Source: Galbibacter sp. (GTDB lineage Bacteria > Bacteroidota > Bacteroidia > Flavobacteriales > Flavobacteriaceae). From it: a DNA stretch of 64,000 bases. The translations under genes were made by a program, and so were the position numbers. Under the pieces are notes generated by a model that saw only the letters and a program-made list of their open reading frames with translations, did no database searches and was not told the origin of the DNA. Positions 1 through 12,930 of the stretch are shown piece after piece (position 1 is the stretch's first letter; each line of letters opens with the position of its first letter). The stretch lies in NCBI RefSeq assembly GCF_048266365.1, contig NZ_JBLWZP010000010.1, positions 50,459-114,458 of the forward strand, read 5' to 3'.

Positions 1-42
1 TGGTACTTTAAAGTGTGATTTTTATGCTTTAAGGTGTTTTAA

Positions 43-114
43 GCCGATGTAGCTCAGGGGTAGAGCGCTTCCTTGGTAAGGAAGAGGTCACGAGTTCAAT
101 TCTCGTCATTGGCT
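43..114 (+). tRNA. tRNA-Thr (anticodon GGT)
   Basis: 72-nt cloverleaf read by eye. Acceptor GCCGATG/CATTGGC, anticodon loop TTGGTAA, T-loop TTCAATT. Sits upstream of tuf as in many bacteria. Confidence 0.85.
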
Positions 115-170
115 CTTGTTTCGTTTAAATTTGAACACTAATATATAACTAAGATTAAAATTATTAAATC

Positions 171-1358
171 ATGGCAAAGGAAACTTTCGATCGTTCCAAA
201 CCCCACTTAAATATAGGTACTATTGGACACGTAGATCACGGTAAAACTACTTTAACTGCTGCTATCACTAAAGTGTTGGCTGATGCTGGTTTTTCTGATG
301 CGAGATCATTCGATTCTATCGATAACGCTCCTGAAGAGAAAGAAAGAGGTATCACTATTAATACTTCTCACGTAGAGTATCAAACTGCTAATCGTCACTA
401 CGCTCACGTTGACTGTCCTGGTCACGCGGATTACGTAAAAAACATGGTTACAGGTGCTGCTCAAATGGACGGTGCTATTCTAGTGGTTGCTGCTACTGAT
501 GGTCCAATGCCACAAACTCGTGAGCACATCCTTCTAGGTCGTCAGGTTGGTATTCCAAGAATCGTTGTATTCTTGAACAAAGTTGACATGGTAGACGATG
601 AGGAGCTTTTAGAGCTTGTTGAGATGGAAGTTAGAGATCTATTGAGTTTCTATGAGTACGATGGTGATAATGGTCCAGTTGTAGCTGGTTCTGCACTTGG
701 TGCTTTGAACGGAGAGCAAAAATGGGTTGACACTGTACTTTCTTTAATGGAGTCTGTTGATTCTTGGATTGAATTACCGGTAAGAGATATCGATAAAGAT
801 TTCTTAATGCCTGTTGAAGACGTATTTACTATTACTGGTCGTGGAACTGTTGCTACAGGTCGTATCGAATCAGGTGTAGCTAAAACTGGTGAAGGTGTTG
901 ACATTATCGGTATGGGAGCTGAAAAATTAACTTCTACTATTACAGGGGTTGAGATGTTCCGTAAAATACTTGATAGAGGTGAAGCTGGAGATAACGTAGG
1001 TATCCTATTGAGAGGTATCGAGAAAACTGATATCAAAAGAGGTATGGTTATCTGTAAGCCGGGTTCTGTTAAACCACACGCTAAATTTAAAGCTGAGGTT
1101 TACGTTCTTAAAAAAGAAGAAGGTGGACGTCACACTCCATTCCATAACAACTACCGTCCACAGTTCTACGTACGTACAACTGACGTAACAGGTACTATTT
1201 CTCTGCCTGATGGAGTTGAAATGGTTATGCCTGGTGATAACTTAACTATCAATGTTGAATTGCTTCAGCCAATCGCATTGAACCAAGGACTTCGTTTTGC
1301 TATCCGTGAAGGTGGTAGAACAGTTGGTGCTGGTCAGGTAACAGAAATTTTAGACTAA
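171..1358 (+). CDS. tuf: translation elongation factor Tu
   Basis: 395-aa ORF with [10 protein letters not shown]-loop, DCPGH and NKVD motifs. Full-length EF-Tu. Confidence 0.98.
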   Translation: MAKETFDRSKPHLNIGTIGHVDHGKTTLTAAITKVLADAGFSDARSFDSIDNAPEEKERGITINTSHVEYQTANRHYAHVDCPGHADYVKNMVTGAAQMDGAILVVAATDGPMPQTREHILLGRQVGIPRIVVFLNKVDMVDDEELLELVEMEVRDLLSFYEYDGDNGPVVAGSALGALNGEQKWVDTVLSLMESVDSWIELPVRDIDKDFLMPVEDVFTITGRGTVATGRIESGVAKTGEGVDIIGMGAEKLTSTITGVEMFRKILDRGEAGDNVGILLRGIEKTDIKRGMVICKPGSVKPHAKFKAEVYVLKKEEGGRHTPFHNNYRPQFYVRTTDVTGTISLPDGVEMVMPGDNLTINVELLQPIALNQGLRFAIREGGRTVGAGQVTEILD

Positions 1359-1384
1359 GGTCATTAAAATATAGGTTTGAGGTG

Positions 1385-1405
1385 TCCTGCTTTTTCGAAG
1401 CAGGA
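1385..1405 (+). terminator. hairpin after tuf (weak terminator or processing stem)
   Basis: TCCTGCTT-TTTCG-AAGCAGGA stem-loop 27 nt after the tuf stop. Only a short T tract follows, so termination is uncertain. Confidence 0.3.
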
Positions 1406-1424
1406 TGCCTTTAAACTTAATTAT

Positions 1425-1495
1425 ACGGGTGTAGTTCAAGGGTAGAATACCGGTCTCCAAAACCGTTGATGGGAGTTCGAATCTCTCCACCCGTG
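1425..1495 (+). tRNA. tRNA-Trp (anticodon CCA)
   Basis: Acceptor ACGGGTG/CACCCGT, anticodon loop CTCCAAA, T-loop TTCGAAT. Conserved position between tuf and secE. Confidence 0.85.
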
Positions 1496-1514
1496 CAAAT
1501 ATATAGAGATCAAA

Positions 1515-1700
1515 ATGATAGATTATATAAAAGAATCATTTGGAGAATTAAAAGCTAACGTGACCTGGACTTCTTGGTCCGAAGGGCAAAGACTTATGGT
1601 CGTTGTTGCTGTTTTCTCTATAATTTTTTCATTAATAATTTGGGGTATTGATTCAGTTTTCGGAGAACTGATCAAACTTTATTTTGGAGTAATTAGTTAA
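1515..1700 (+). CDS. secE: preprotein translocase subunit SecE
   Basis: 61-aa protein with a single C-terminal TM helix (MVVVAVFSIIFSLIIWGI), immediately upstream of nusG. Confidence 0.85.
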   Translation: MIDYIKESFGELKANVTWTSWSEGQRLMVVVAVFSIIFSLIIWGIDSVFGELIKLYFGVIS

Positions 1701-1722
1701 TCGTATAAAGACGGGTATTGCA

Positions 1723-2274
1723 ATGGCAGATACGTTGGCAAAACAATGGTATGTAGTAAGAGCTGTAAGTGGCCAAGAGAATAAGGTTAAAGGTTACATA
1801 GAGCAGGATATCGCACGTCTTGGATTTGGTGATTATGTAGATGAAGTTTTGGTTCCTACTGAAAAGGTAGTCCAAATTCGTAACGGAAAGAAAATAAGCA
1901 AAGATCGCGTATACTTCCCGGGCTATGTAATGGTAAAAGCCAACTTAGGTGGAGAGGTAACTCACATTATTAAATCTATCACAGGTGTAATCGGATTTTT
2001 AGGAGAGGTTAAGGGAGGAGATCCTGTGCCGCTTCGTAAATCGGAGGTCAACCGTATGCTAGGTAAAGTAGATGAATTATCGGTGAAAACGGATAATGTC
2101 GCTATCCCTTATAATCTTGGAGAAACAGTAAAAGTTATCGATGGTCCTTTCAATGGTTTCAATGGAACTGTTGAGAAGGTCAACGAAGAAAAGCGTAAAC
2201 TTGAGGTTATGGTGAAAATCTTTGGAAGAAAGACACCATTAGAACTCAGCTATATGCAAGTTGAAAAGGTATAA
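1723..2274 (+). CDS. nusG: transcription termination/antitermination factor NusG
   Basis: 183 aa. NGN start (WYVVRAVSGQENKV) and C-terminal KOW (GETVKVIDGPFNGFNGTVEKV). Confidence 0.97.
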   Translation: MADTLAKQWYVVRAVSGQENKVKGYIEQDIARLGFGDYVDEVLVPTEKVVQIRNGKKISKDRVYFPGYVMVKANLGGEVTHIIKSITGVIGFLGEVKGGDPVPLRKSEVNRMLGKVDELSVKTDNVAIPYNLGETVKVIDGPFNGFNGTVEKVNEEKRKLEVMVKIFGRKTPLELSYMQVEKV

Positions 2275-2346
2275 TTGTTACACATTATGTAGATTCGTCT
2301 GAGCTTCCAATACTGGACGATTCAAATTTTAAATTGAACATAAACA

Positions 2347-2784
2347 ATGGCAAAAGAAGTAAGTAAAGTAGTTAAACTACAAGTTAGGGGAGGTGCTGCG
2401 AATCCATCGCCACCGGTTGGACCCGCTCTAGGTGCTGCCGGCGTTAACATCATGGAGTTCTGTAAGCAATTTAACTCGCGTACACAGGACAAACCAGGTA
2501 AAGTATTACCAGTTGTTATCACCGTTTACAAAGACAAATCATTTGACTTTGTAATTAAGACACCGCCAGCGGCAGTTCAGCTAATGGAATCGGCTAAGAT
2601 TAAAAAAGGATCTGGTGAGCCAAACCGTAAAAAGGTTGCAAGTGTTACCTGGGATCAGGTAAAAGCAATCGCAGAGGACAAAATGCAGGATCTTAACGCA
2701 TTTACTATGGAATCGGCTATGAGCATGGTTGCAGGTACTGCAAGATCTATGGGAATAACGGTTTCAGGAGACAAGCCCTTTTAA
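2347..2784 (+). CDS. rplK: 50S ribosomal protein L11
   Basis: 145 aa with the PPVGPALG motif and conserved operon position. Confidence 0.98.
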   Translation: MAKEVSKVVKLQVRGGAANPSPPVGPALGAAGVNIMEFCKQFNSRTQDKPGKVLPVVITVYKDKSFDFVIKTPPAAVQLMESAKIKKGSGEPNRKKVASVTWDQVKAIAEDKMQDLNAFTMESAMSMVAGTARSMGITVSGDKPF

Positions 2785-2802
2785 ATCTTAAAGAATCTAG
2801 AA

Positions 2803-3492
2803 ATGGCAAAATTAACAAAAAAACAAAAGGAGGCTGTAGCTAAAATCGATAGAAGCAAATTGTATTCTATGGATGAGGCTTCTCAATTGGTTAAAGATAT
2901 CACTAATGTAAAGTTTGATGCATCTATCGACTTAGCAGTTCGTCTGGGAGTTGATCCTCGTAAAGCTAATCAAATGGTTAGAGGGGTTGTAACTTTACCT
3001 CACGGAACTGGTAAAGATGTTAAAGTATTAGCTTTGGTTACTCCGGATAAGGAAGAAGAGGCTAAGGCAGCTGGTGCAGACTACGTAGGTTTAGATGAGT
3101 ATCTACAAAAGATTAAAGACGGTTGGACAGATGTTGATGTTATCATCACTATGCCAAGCGTAATGGGGAAATTAGGCCCACTAGGACGTATATTAGGACC
3201 TAGAGGTTTAATGCCAAACCCAAAAACTGGTACAGTTACAATGGATGTTGCTAAGGCTGTAGAAGAGGTGAAAGCTGGTAAAATCGACTTTAGAGTTGAT
3301 AAAACCGGTATCGTTCACGCTGCTGTCGGTAAGGCATCTTTCACTGCAGACAAAATTGCAGGTAACGTCAATGAATTATTACAAACAATAGTAAAACTGA
3401 AGCCAACTGCGGCAAAAGGTGTTTATATCAAGAGTATTTACTTGTCAAGTACGATGAGTCCAAGTATTCAGATTGACCCTAAGGCAGTTTAA
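2803..3492 (+). CDS. rplA: 50S ribosomal protein L1
   Basis: 229 aa with typical L1 sequence ([20 protein letters not shown]). Confidence 0.98.
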   Translation: MAKLTKKQKEAVAKIDRSKLYSMDEASQLVKDITNVKFDASIDLAVRLGVDPRKANQMVRGVVTLPHGTGKDVKVLALVTPDKEEEAKAAGADYVGLDEYLQKIKDGWTDVDVIITMPSVMGKLGPLGRILGPRGLMPNPKTGTVTMDVAKAVEEVKAGKIDFRVDKTGIVHAAVGKASFTADKIAGNVNELLQTIVKLKPTAAKGVYIKSIYLSSTMSPSIQIDPKAV

Positions 3493-3516
3493 TTGGCAGT
3501 GTAAATTTTTATAATC

Positions 3517-4038
3517 ATGACTAGAGAAGAAAAGTTAACGGTAATAGAAGATTTGACTGCGCAGTTAGGGGATAACGGCATAATTTATTTGGCTGATATT
3601 TCTGGTTTGAATGCTCAAGCTACTTCTAACTTAAGAAGAGCTTGCTTTAAAGCAAATATCAAACTCGCAGTTGTTAAAAATACATTGCTTGAGAAAGCAA
3701 TGGAAGCTTCTGATAAAGAATTTGGAGAACTTCCAACAGTACTAAAAGGAAATACTTCCTTGATGTTTTCTGAGACTGGAAATGCTCCTGCAAAATTAAT
3801 TAAGGATTTTCGTAAGAAATCTGATAAACCTATTCTGAAAGGTGCTTTTATTGAAGAGGCTATTTACCTTGGAGATGAGCAATTAGATAAACTTGTTAGT
3901 ATCAAGTCTAAAGAAGAGGTTATCGGAGATATCATCGGATTGTTACAATCTCCTGCTAAGAACGTTATTAGCGGTCTTAAATCAGGTGGAGGTAAATTGG
4001 CTGGTATCCTTAAAACTTTATCAGAAAAGGAATCATAA
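3517..4038 (+). CDS. rplJ: 50S ribosomal protein L10
   Basis: 173 aa, positioned between rplA and rplL. Sequence is L10-like. Confidence 0.96.
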   Translation: MTREEKLTVIEDLTAQLGDNGIIYLADISGLNAQATSNLRRACFKANIKLAVVKNTLLEKAMEASDKEFGELPTVLKGNTSLMFSETGNAPAKLIKDFRKKSDKPILKGAFIEEAIYLGDEQLDKLVSIKSKEEVIGDIIGLLQSPAKNVISGLKSGGGKLAGILKTLSEKES

Positions 4039-4093
4039 TAAGTACGCACTTACAAACAATTATATTTTTTAAAATTTATTAAAACGGTAGAAA

Positions 4094-4471
4094 ATGGCAG
4101 ATTTAAAAGATTTTGCAGAACAATTAGTTAATTTAACAGTAAAAGAAGTTAACGAATTAGCTGATATATTAAAAGAAGAGTATGGTATCGAGCCTGCTGC
4201 TGCAGCTGTAGCTGTTGCAGGTGGTGCTGCTGCTGGTGGAGCTGATGCTGCTGAGGAACAAACTGAGTTTGACGTTATCCTTAAAGCTGCTGGTGGTTCT
4301 AAACTAGCTGTAGTAAAACTAGTTAAAGAATTAACTGGTCTAGGTCTTAAAGATGCTAAAGAAATAGTTGATAGCGCACCAAAGGCTATCAAAGAAGGTA
4401 TTTCTAAAGACGAGGCTGAAAGCCTTAAAGCGTCTCTAGAAGAAGCAGGTGCTGAGGTAGAATTGAAGTAA
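4094..4471 (+). CDS. rplL: 50S ribosomal protein L7/L12
   Basis: 125 aa with an Ala-rich hinge and C-terminal [16 protein letters not shown]. Confidence 0.98.
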   Translation: MADLKDFAEQLVNLTVKEVNELADILKEEYGIEPAAAAVAVAGGAAAGGADAAEEQTEFDVILKAAGGSKLAVVKLVKELTGLGLKDAKEIVDSAPKAIKEGISKDEAESLKASLEEAGAEVELK

Positions 4472-4550
4472 TTCCATCTTGCAGCCCTGTGCTGTAAAAT
4501 ACGGTTTAGGTCCTTCCTGAGATAGTTCAGGTTGTGACCTAAGCCCTTTT

Positions 4551-4576
4551 GCGTATATTAGTGTATACGCTTTTTC
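4551..4576 (+). terminator. rplL-rpoB intergenic attenuator-type hairpin
   Basis: GCGTATA-TTAGTG-TATACGC followed by TTTTT. A longer interrupted stem (4506..4542) precedes it. Confidence 0.45.
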
Positions 4577-4605
4577 AATTTTCATTTTAATCAAAATATT
4601 GTCCA

Positions 4606-7600
4606 TTGATGTTCACAAATCAGACTGAAAGAATTAGTTTCGCCTCTGCTAAGAATACTCCGGCATACCCGGACTTCTTGGACATTCAGATAAAGTCATT
4701 CCAGGACTTCTTTCAACTGGAGACCAAATCTGAAGAACGAGGAAACGAAGGTCTTTATAATACCTTCATGGAGAACTTCCCCATTACTGATACGCGCAAT
4801 CAATTTGTACTAGAGTTTTTAGACTACTTTATCGACCCTCCTCGTTATTCCATTCAGGAATGTATCGAACGAGGTTTGACCTATAGTGTTCCACTTAAGG
4901 CTAGGCTAAAATTATATTGTACAGATCCAGAGCACGAAGATTTTGAAACCATAGTACAGGACGTGTATTTGGGAACTATTCCCTACATGACACCAAGCGG
5001 TACTTTTGTTATTAACGGTGCCGAGCGTGTTGTAGTATCACAATTGCATAGATCTCCAGGTGTATTCTTTGGTCAATCGTTCCACGCTAACGGAACTAAA
5101 TTGTATTCTGCTCGTGTTATTCCTTTCAAAGGATCATGGATAGAATTTGCTACTGATATCAACAGCGTGATGTACGCTTATATTGATAGAAAGAAAAAAT
5201 TACCTGTTACCACGCTTTTCCGTGCCATTGGATTTGAGCGTGATAAAGATATTTTAGGGATATTTGATTTGGCTGAGGAAGTTAAGGTTTCTAAGAGCGG
5301 ACTTAAAAAGGTACTCGGAAGAAAATTAGCTGCTCGTGTTCTTAAAACTTGGCATGAAGATTTCGTTGATGAAGATACTGGAGAAGTTGTTTCTATTGAA
5401 CGTAACGAAATTATCTTGGACAGGGATACTATCCTGGAAAAAGAACATGTTGATGAGATTTTAGAAACCGATGTTAAGACCATTCTTCTTCACAAAGAAG
5501 ATAGTCATACCGGTGACTATGCCATTATCTACAATACCCTACAAAAAGACCCTACCAACTCTGAAAAAGAAGCTGTTGAGCACATTTACCGTCAATTGCG
5601 TAATGCTGAGCCGCCAGATGAGGAAACCGCCAGAGGGATTATTGATAAGTTGTTCTTCTCAGATCAACGTTATAATCTTGGTGAAGTTGGTCGTTACAGA
5701 ATGAATAAAAAGTTAGGCCTTAATATCGATATGGATAAGCAGGTACTAACTAAAGAAGATATTATTACTATTATCAAGTATCTGATCGAGCTTATCAATT
5801 CAAAAGCTGAGATCGATGATATTGATCACTTGTCTAACCGTCGTGTTCGTACTGTAGGAGAACAATTGTCTTCTCAGTTCGGAGTTGGTTTGGCTCGTAT
5901 GGCACGTACTATTCGTGAGCGAATGAATGTTAGGGATAATGAGGTCTTTACTCCAATTGACCTTATTAATGCCAAAACATTGTCTTCGGTGATTAATTCC
6001 TTCTTTGGAACCAATCAGTTGTCTCAGTTTATGGATCAAACGAATCCGCTTGCTGAAATCACACACAAACGTCGTCTTTCCGCATTAGGACCAGGTGGTC
6101 TTTCACGTGAGAGAGCCGGATTCGAGGTGCGTGACGTTCACTATACGCACTACGGTCGTTTGTGTCCAATTGAAACTCCTGAGGGTCCAAACATTGGTTT
6201 GATATCATCCTTGAGTGTATTTGCTAAGATCAACGGTATGGGATTCATTGAAACTCCATATCGCAAGGTAACTGAGGGTAAAGTCGACCTTTCTCAAATC
6301 TTGTACTTAAGTGCAGAGGAAGAGGAAGAGAAGAAAATTGCACAAGCCAATATTCCTTTGACAGCCGATGGAACTATCGATACTGAAAAGGTGATTGCTC
6401 GTGAGGAAGGTGACTTCCCGGTAGTAGATCCTATCGAAATCGATTATACGGATGTTGCGCCTAATCAGATTGCTTCTATTTCAGCTTCACTTATTCCATT
6501 TTTGGAACATGATGATGCGAACCGTGCACTGATGGGATCTAACATGATGCGTCAGGCAGTTCCATTGCTACGTCCGGAATCTCCGATCGTAGGTACTGGT
6601 TTGGAGCGTCAGGTTGCAACTGATTCCAGAGTACTGGTTAATGCTGAAGGAAGTGGTGTTGTTGATTATGTAGATGCTAAGAAGATCATTATCAAATATG
6701 ATCGTACAGATGAAGACCGCTTAGTAAGCTTTGACGATGACTTCAAAACCTATAACTTGGTTAAGTTTAGAAAAACCAACCAAGGGACTTCTATTAACTT
6801 GAAACCTAATGTTAAAAAAGGTGATAAGGTTACTAAAGGTCAGGTGCTTTGTGAAGGATACGCTACACAGCAAGGTGAATTAGCCTTGGGTAGAAACCTT
6901 CAAGTTGCGTTTATGCCTTGGAAAGGGTATAACTTTGAGGATGCTATTGTAATCTCTGAAAAGGTGGTTAGAGAAGATATCTTTACCTCTATTCACATTG
7001 ATGAGTATTCTTTAGAAGTGAGAGATACCAAACTTGGAGCTGAGGAATTGACTAATGATATTCCTAACGTTTCTGAAGAGGCTACTAAAGACTTGGATGA
7101 ATACGGTATGATCCGTATTGGTGCAGAAGTTAAGCCTGGTGATATCCTTATTGGTAAGATTACGCCTAAAGGTGAATCTGATCCTACTCCTGAAGAAAAA
7201 TTACTTAGAGCGATCTTTGGTGATAAAGCCGGTGATGTTAAGGATGCTTCTTTGAAAGCTTCTCCTTCACTTAATGGAGTAGTAATCGATAAGAAACTTT
7301 TCTCTCGTGCGATCAAAGATAAACGCAAAAGAGCTAAGGATAAAGAAGACATCGCGAAATTGGAATTGGAATACGAAACCAAATTTGCGCAGTTGAAGGA
7401 TGTGTTGATTGAAAAATTATTTTCAATTGTAAACGGTAAAACTTCACAGGGTGTATTTAATGACTTAGGAGAAGAAGTATTCCCTAAAGGGAAGAAATAT
7501 ACTCAGAAGATGTTGAATGCTGTGGATGATTTTGCTCACTTGGTAAGCGGAACCTGGACAACAGATGACCAGACTAATGCACTTATCAATGACTTGCTTC

Positions 7601-8418
7601 ACAATTACAAGATTAAACTAAATGACCTTCAAGGGGCATTACGTCGTGATAAATTTACGATTTCAGTAGGGGATGAGCTACCGGCAGGTATTATGAAACT
7701 TGCTAAAGTGTACATCGCTAAGAAACGTAAACTTAAAGTTGGGGATAAAATGGCAGGACGTCACGGTAACAAAGGTATTGTTGCTCGTATCGTTCGTCAG
7801 GAGGATATGCCTTTCCTAGAAGATGGAACACCAGTGGATATCGTGTTGAACCCATTAGGGGTACCTTCACGTATGAACATCGGTCAGATCTATGAAACTG
7901 TTCTTGGTTGGGCAGGTAAAAATCTAGGTAGGAAGTATGCTACTCCAATTTTTGACGGGGCAACTTTGGATCAGATCAATGAATTAACAGACGAAGCATC
8001 AGTTCCTAGATTTGGACACTCTTATCTTTATGATGGTGGAACCGGAGAACGTTTTGATCAACCTGCAACTGTTGGTGTGATTTATATGTTGAAACTCGGG
8101 CATATGGTAGACGATAAGATGCACGCTCGTTCCATCGGACCATACTCACTTATTACGCAACAACCTCTTGGAGGTAAGGCACAATTTGGTGGTCAGCGTT
8201 TTGGAGAGATGGAAGTTTGGGCACTTGAGGCTTATGGAGCTTCTAGTACGCTAAGAGAAATCCTAACGGTAAAATCGGATGATGTTATCGGAAGAGCGAA
8301 AACTTATGAGTCCATTGTCAAAGGAGAAATGATGCCAGAACCTGGTCTCCCAGAATCTTTTAACGTGTTGATGCACGAATTGAAAGGTCTTGGATTGGAT
8401 ATCAGATTAGAAGATTAA
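4606..8418 (+). CDS. rpoB: DNA-directed RNA polymerase subunit beta
   Basis: 1270-aa ORF with conserved beta motifs ([27 protein letters not shown]). The start may be the ATG at 4609 rather than the TTG at 4606. Confidence 0.98.
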   Translation: MMFTNQTERISFASAKNTPAYPDFLDIQIKSFQDFFQLETKSEERGNEGLYNTFMENFPITDTRNQFVLEFLDYFIDPPRYSIQECIERGLTYSVPLKARLKLYCTDPEHEDFETIVQDVYLGTIPYMTPSGTFVINGAERVVVSQLHRSPGVFFGQSFHANGTKLYSARVIPFKGSWIEFATDINSVMYAYIDRKKKLPVTTLFRAIGFERDKDILGIFDLAEEVKVSKSGLKKVLGRKLAARVLKTWHEDFVDEDTGEVVSIERNEIILDRDTILEKEHVDEILETDVKTILLHKEDSHTGDYAIIYNTLQKDPTNSEKEAVEHIYRQLRNAEPPDEETARGIIDKLFFSDQRYNLGEVGRYRMNKKLGLNIDMDKQVLTKEDIITIIKYLIELINSKAEIDDIDHLSNRRVRTVGEQLSSQFGVGLARMARTIRERMNVRDNEVFTPIDLINAKTLSSVINSFFGTNQLSQFMDQTNPLAEITHKRRLSALGPGGLSRERAGFEVRDVHYTHYGRLCPIETPEGPNIGLISSLSVFAKINGMGFIETPYRKVTEGKVDLSQILYLSAEEEEEKKIAQANIPLTADGTIDTEKVIAREEGDFPVVDPIEIDYTDVAPNQIASISASLIPFLEHDDANRALMGSNMMRQAVPLLRPESPIVGTGLERQVATDSRVLVNAEGSGVVDYVDAKKIIIKYDRTDEDRLVSFDDDFKTYNLVKFRKTNQGTSINLKPNVKKGDKVTKGQVLCEGYATQQGELALGRNLQVAFMPWKGYNFEDAIVISEKVVREDIFTSIHIDEYSLEVRDTKLGAEELTNDIPNVSEEATKDLDEYGMIRIGAEVKPGDILIGKITPKGESDPTPEEKLLRAIFGDKAGDVKDASLKASPSLNGVVIDKKLFSRAIKDKRKRAKDKEDIAKLELEYETKFAQLKDVLIEKLFSIVNGKTSQGVFNDLGEEVFPKGKKYTQKMLNAVDDFAHLVSGTWTTDDQTNALINDLLHNYKIKLNDLQGALRRDKFTISVGDELPAGIMKLAKVYIAKKRKLKVGDKMAGRHGNKGIVARIVRQEDMPFLEDGTPVDIVLNPLGVPSRMNIGQIYETVLGWAGKNLGRKYATPIFDGATLDQINELTDEASVPRFGHSYLYDGGTGERFDQPATVGVIYMLKLGHMVDDKMHARSIGPYSLITQQPLGGKAQFGGQRFGEMEVWALEAYGASSTLREILTVKSDDVIGRAKTYESIVKGEMMPEPGLPESFNVLMHELKGLGLDIRLED

Positions 8419-8506
8419 TAATTTTAACCAGGGCAGCCTTCTTTGGAGGTTGCCCGAAGTTAAAAAGGTAATACAAATTACACTTAATTCATTATCACCA
8501 TATATT

Positions 8507-11500
8507 ATGGCTAGAAATAAAGATAAGAATACAGTACAGAGATTTAATAAAATCTCAATCGGTTTAGCCTCTCCGGAATCTATTCTAGGAGAATCCAGAG
8601 GTGAGGTCCTCAAGCCGGAAACTATTAATTACCGAACCCATAAGCCAGAACGTGACGGTCTATTTTGTGAGCGTATTTTTGGACCTGTAAAGGATTATGA
8701 ATGTGCTTGTGGTAAATATAAAAGAATTCGTTATAAAGGAATCGTTTGTGATCGATGTGGTGTTGAAGTAACTGAAAAGAAAGTAAGACGTGACCGCGTT
8801 GGACATATCAATTTGGTAGTTCCGGTAGCGCATATCTGGTATTTCCGTTCTTTACCTAACAAAATCGGTTACCTACTTGGATTGCCATCTAAGAAGCTAG
8901 ACATGATTATTTATTACGAGCGTTATGTGGTTATTCAACCAGGTGATGCTAAAAATGCAGATGGTGATCCTGTTCAAAAAATGGACTTCCTTACTGAGGA
9001 AGAATATTTGAACATTTTAGAAACCATTCCTGCAGAAAACCAATACCTAGAAGATACCGACCCTAATAAGTTTATCGCTAAAATGGGTGCGGAATGTTTG
9101 ATCGACTTACTAGCGAGAATTGATCTTGATGATCTTTCTTACGAATTAAGACATAAAGCAAACAACGAAACTTCTAAGCAACGTAAAACGGAAGCCTTAA
9201 AACGTCTTCAAGTTGTCGAGGCGCTACGTGAATCTCAAAAGAACAGAGAGAACAAGCCGGAGTGGATGATTATGAAAGTAGTTCCTGTGATTCCACCGGA
9301 ATTACGTCCATTGGTTCCACTAGATGGTGGTCGTTTCGCAACTTCGGATTTGAATGACCTTTACAGACGTGTTATTATTAGAAATAACCGTTTGAAACGT
9401 TTGATGGAAATCAAAGCGCCAGAGGTGATTTTGAGAAACGAAAAACGTATGCTTCAGGAATCTGTTGATTCACTATTTGACAACACTAGAAAATCTTCTG
9501 CTGTTAAAACAGAATCAAACAGACCACTTAAATCGCTTTCTGATTCCCTTAAAGGTAAGCAAGGACGTTTCCGTCAGAACTTACTAGGGAAACGTGTGGA
9601 TTATTCAGCGCGTTCTGTTATTGTCGTAGGTCCAGAGATGAAGCTTTACGAATGTGGACTTCCTAAGAATATGGCAGCGGAACTATACAAACCTTTTATC
9701 ATTAGAAAACTTATTGAAAGAGGGATTGTAAAGACAGTGAAATCTGCTAAGAAGATTATAGATAAAAGAGAGCCGGTTGTATGGGACATCCTTGAAAATG
9801 TATTGAAAGGACATCCAGTACTTCTTAACCGTGCTCCTACATTACACAGATTGGGTATTCAGGCCTTCCAGCCTAAACTAATCGAGGGTAAGGCTATTCA
9901 ATTACACCCATTAGTGTGTACCGCGTTTAACGCGGATTTTGACGGGGATCAGATGGCAGTTCACTTGCCGTTAGGACCTGAGGCTATCCTTGAGGCTCAG
10001 TTGTTAATGTTGGCTTCTCACAATATATTAAACCCTGCGAATGGTTCTCCAATTACGGTACCATCTCAGGATATGGTTCTTGGTCTATACTATATGACCA
10101 AAGCTAGAAAATCAACTCCTGAAAGAATTGTTAAGGGAGAAGGTTTAACGTTCTACTCAGCAGACGAGGTGAACATCGCTTTCAACGAAAAGAAAGTTGA
10201 TCTTAATGCTGTGGTAAAAGTTCGTACGCGTGATTTCAATGAAGAAGGAGAATTGGTTCCTCAGATTATTGAAACCACTGTGGGTAGAGTTCTATTCAAC
10301 GAAGTGGTTCCTGAGAAAGCAGGATATATCAATGAGGTATTGACTAAAAAATCACTGAGAGAGATTATCCATAGTATCTTAAAAGCTACTGATGTTCCAA
10401 CTACTGCCGATTTCTTGGATAAAATCAAGAGTATGGGGTATAACTTTGCTTTTAAAGGTGGTTTGTCTTTTAGTTTAGGAGATATTATTATCCCTGCTGA
10501 AAAGGACAGTATGATTCAAGATGCCAATGGGCAGGTTGACGCAATTATGATGAACTATAACATGGGACTCATCACTAATAACGAACGTTACAACCAGGTT
10601 ATTGATGTTTGGACATCTACCAATGCTATGCTTACAGAAATGGCTATGAAGCGTATTCGTGAGGATAATCAAGGGTTCAACTCTGTGTTTATGATGTTGG
10701 ATTCTGGAGCAAGGGGGTCTAAAGAACAGATTCGTCAGCTTACCGGTATGCGTGGATTGATGGCTAAGCCTAAAAAATCTACTGCAGGTGGTGGTGAAAT
10801 TATCGAAAACCCGATTCTTTCTAACTTTAAGGAAGGTCTTTCGATTTTGGAATATTTTATTTCTACTCACGGTGCTCGTAAAGGATTGGCGGATACCGCA
10901 CTTAAAACTGCGGATGCTGGTTACTTAACACGTCGTTTGGTGGATGTATCTCAAGATGTCATCGTTAACACTGAAGATTGTGGTACCCTAAGAGGTGTTG
11001 AAGTAGAAGCCTTAAAGAAAAATGATGAGATCGTTGAATCTCTAGGAGAACGAATTGGTGGACGTGTATCACTGAATGACGTTTATGATCCATTAACTGA
11101 GGAGCTAATTGTAGCTTCCGGTGAAGAGATCACTGATGCAATAGTTAAGAAAGTAAATGCTTCGGCATTAGAGCGTATGGAAGTGCGTTCTCCACTTACT
11201 TGTGAAGCTAAACAAGGTATTTGTGCCAAATGTTACGGTAGAAACCTTGCCACTGGAAAAATGGTTCAAAAAGGTGAGGCTGTTGGTGTAGTTGCTGCAC
11301 AGTCTATCGGTGAGCCAGGAACTCAGTTGACCCTACGTACCTTCCACGTTGGAGGTATTGCAGGAAACATCTCTGAGGAGAACAAGATTGTTTCTAAATA
11401 CAATTGTAGAGTTGAGATCGATGACCTTAAAATTGTTAAGGGCGTTGATGGAGAACAGAAACCCGTCGATATTGTTATTTCCAGAACTGCTGAAATCAAG

Positions 11501-12808
11501 TTTATTGATGAGAAAACCGGAATTGTATTGGCTACAAACAATATTCCTTATGGTTCACAAATCTTCCAAAAGGACGGTTCGAAATTAACCAAAGGGGATA
11601 TCGTATGTCAGTGGGATCCATATAACGCGGTAATTATTTCTGAGTTCTCCGGTAAGATAGTTTACGAGAATATTGAACAAGGCATAACTTACCAAGTTGA
11701 AATTGATGAGCAAACAGGTTTCCAGGAGAAAGTAATTTCTGAGTCTCGTAATAAGAAACTCATTCCTACCTTGCTTATCAAGGATAGTAAAGGTGAAACC
11801 CTTCGTTCATATAACTTACCGGTAGGTGCGCATATCATGGTTGATAACGGTGATAAGGTGGCTGAAGGTAAGGTATTGGTTAAGATTCCTAGAAGATCCT
11901 CTAAAGCAGGGGATATCACAGGAGGTCTTCCAAGAGTTACTGAGCTTTTCGAAGCACGTAACCCATCTAACCCTGCAGTGGTTAGTGAGATCGACGGTGT
12001 GGTTTCCTTCGGTAAAATCAAGCGTGGTAACCGTGAGATAGTAGTAGAATCTAAATTAGGAGAACTTAAAAAGTACTTGGTTAAATTATCGAACCAGATC
12101 CTAGTTCAAGAGAATGACTATGTTCGTGCAGGTATGCCACTATCTGATGGTTCAATTACACCAGAAGATATCTTGAGAATTAAAGGCCCATCTGCTGTTC
12201 AACAGTATTTGGTAAATGAGGTTCAAGAAGTTTACCGTTTACAAGGGGTGAAGATTAATGATAAGCACTTTGAGGTAGTAGTACGTCAAATGATGCGTAA
12301 GGTAAGTATCAACGATTCTGGAGATACTACCTTCTTAGAACAACAGTTGGTGCATAAAGATGATTTCATTGAAGAAAATGACAGAATCTTTGGTATGAAG
12401 GTTGTCGAGGATGCCGGAGAGTCACAAAACTTAAAAGCAGGTCAGATCATTACACCAAGAATGCTCAGAGATGAGAATTCTATACTTAAGAGAACTGATA
12501 AACAACTAGTGGAGGCCAGAGATGCGGTTCCAGCGGTTGCAACACCAATTCTTCAAGGTATTACCAGAGCTTCGCTTCAAACCAAATCCTTTATCTCAGC
12601 AGCTTCCTTCCAGGAAACTACTAAGGTGTTAAATGAGGCAGCGGTTAGCGGTAAAGTGGATGGTCTTGAAGGACTTAAAGAAAATGTTATTGTTGGTCAT
12701 AGAATCCCAGCAGGTACCGGAATGAGAGATTACGATAATATTATCGTAGGATCTAAGGAAGAGTACGATGAGATAATGGCAAGCAAACAACAACACGTTA
12801 ATTTCTAG
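8507..12808 (+). CDS. rpoC: DNA-directed RNA polymerase subunit beta'
   Basis: Zn-finger CxC..Cxx[13 protein letters not shown] catalytic loop. Start placed at ATG 8507 (MARNKDK...), because the upstream in-frame 19 codons look like spacer. Confidence 0.97.
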   Translation: MARNKDKNTVQRFNKISIGLASPESILGESRGEVLKPETINYRTHKPERDGLFCERIFGPVKDYECACGKYKRIRYKGIVCDRCGVEVTEKKVRRDRVGHINLVVPVAHIWYFRSLPNKIGYLLGLPSKKLDMIIYYERYVVIQPGDAKNADGDPVQKMDFLTEEEYLNILETIPAENQYLEDTDPNKFIAKMGAECLIDLLARIDLDDLSYELRHKANNETSKQRKTEALKRLQVVEALRESQKNRENKPEWMIMKVVPVIPPELRPLVPLDGGRFATSDLNDLYRRVIIRNNRLKRLMEIKAPEVILRNEKRMLQESVDSLFDNTRKSSAVKTESNRPLKSLSDSLKGKQGRFRQNLLGKRVDYSARSVIVVGPEMKLYECGLPKNMAAELYKPFIIRKLIERGIVKTVKSAKKIIDKREPVVWDILENVLKGHPVLLNRAPTLHRLGIQAFQPKLIEGKAIQLHPLVCTAFNADFDGDQMAVHLPLGPEAILEAQLLMLASHNILNPANGSPITVPSQDMVLGLYYMTKARKSTPERIVKGEGLTFYSADEVNIAFNEKKVDLNAVVKVRTRDFNEEGELVPQIIETTVGRVLFNEVVPEKAGYINEVLTKKSLREIIHSILKATDVPTTADFLDKIKSMGYNFAFKGGLSFSLGDIIIPAEKDSMIQDANGQVDAIMMNYNMGLITNNERYNQVIDVWTSTNAMLTEMAMKRIREDNQGFNSVFMMLDSGARGSKEQIRQLTGMRGLMAKPKKSTAGGGEIIENPILSNFKEGLSILEYFISTHGARKGLADTALKTADAGYLTRRLVDVSQDVIVNTEDCGTLRGVEVEALKKNDEIVESLGERIGGRVSLNDVYDPLTEELIVASGEEITDAIVKKVNASALERMEVRSPLTCEAKQGICAKCYGRNLATGKMVQKGEAVGVVAAQSIGEPGTQLTLRTFHVGGIAGNISEENKIVSKYNCRVEIDDLKIVKGVDGEQKPVDIVISRTAEIKFIDEKTGIVLATNNIPYGSQIFQKDGSKLTKGDIVCQWDPYNAVIISEFSGKIVYENIEQGITYQVEIDEQTGFQEKVISESRNKKLIPTLLIKDSKGETLRSYNLPVGAHIMVDNGDKVAEGKVLVKIPRRSSKAGDITGGLPRVTELFEARNPSNPAVVSEIDGVVSFGKIKRGNREIVVESKLGELKKYLVKLSNQILVQENDYVRAGMPLSDGSITPEDILRIKGPSAVQQYLVNEVQEVYRLQGVKINDKHFEVVVRQMMRKVSINDSGDTTFLEQQLVHKDDFIEENDRIFGMKVVEDAGESQNLKAGQIITPRMLRDENSILKRTDKQLVEARDAVPAVATPILQGITRASLQTKSFISAASFQETTKVLNEAAVSGKVDGLEGLKENVIVGHRIPAGTGMRDYDNIIVGSKEEYDEIMASKQQHVNF

Positions 12809-12838
12809 TAGATTAATTAGTGTTTGATAAACAATGAG

Positions 12839-12870
12839 CCCTGGAGATTTTCTCCGGGGTTTATTTTTTA
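12839..12870 (+). terminator. rho-independent terminator after rpoC
   Basis: CCCTGGAGA-TTTT-TCTCCGGGG stem with one G-U pair, followed by TTTATTTTTT. Confidence 0.6.
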
Positions 12871-12930
12871 AAATTCTTTCTTGAAATCTCCTAGATCTTA
12901 GTACCTTTAGTTATATCAAAAACATGACAT

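Noticed and set aside
650-1036. 128-aa antisense ORF within tuf. Similar antisense or off-frame ORFs occur in rplL (4069..4392), rpoB (5178..5483, 5800..6066, 6993..7382), rpoC (10475..10870, 11689..12021), cdaA (17515..17853), the MBL-rhodanese gene (23298..23657) and the thiolase gene (53308..53583).
   Set aside because: All overlap highly conserved genes. They show Ser/Pro/Thr/Ala-rich antisense composition and have no independent start context.
8450-8506. In-frame N-terminal extension of rpoC ([19 protein letters not shown]) in the ORF track.
   Set aside because: The extension starts at a non-ATG codon inside the rpoB-rpoC spacer hairpin. The conserved beta' N-terminus begins at MARNKDK (ATG 8507).
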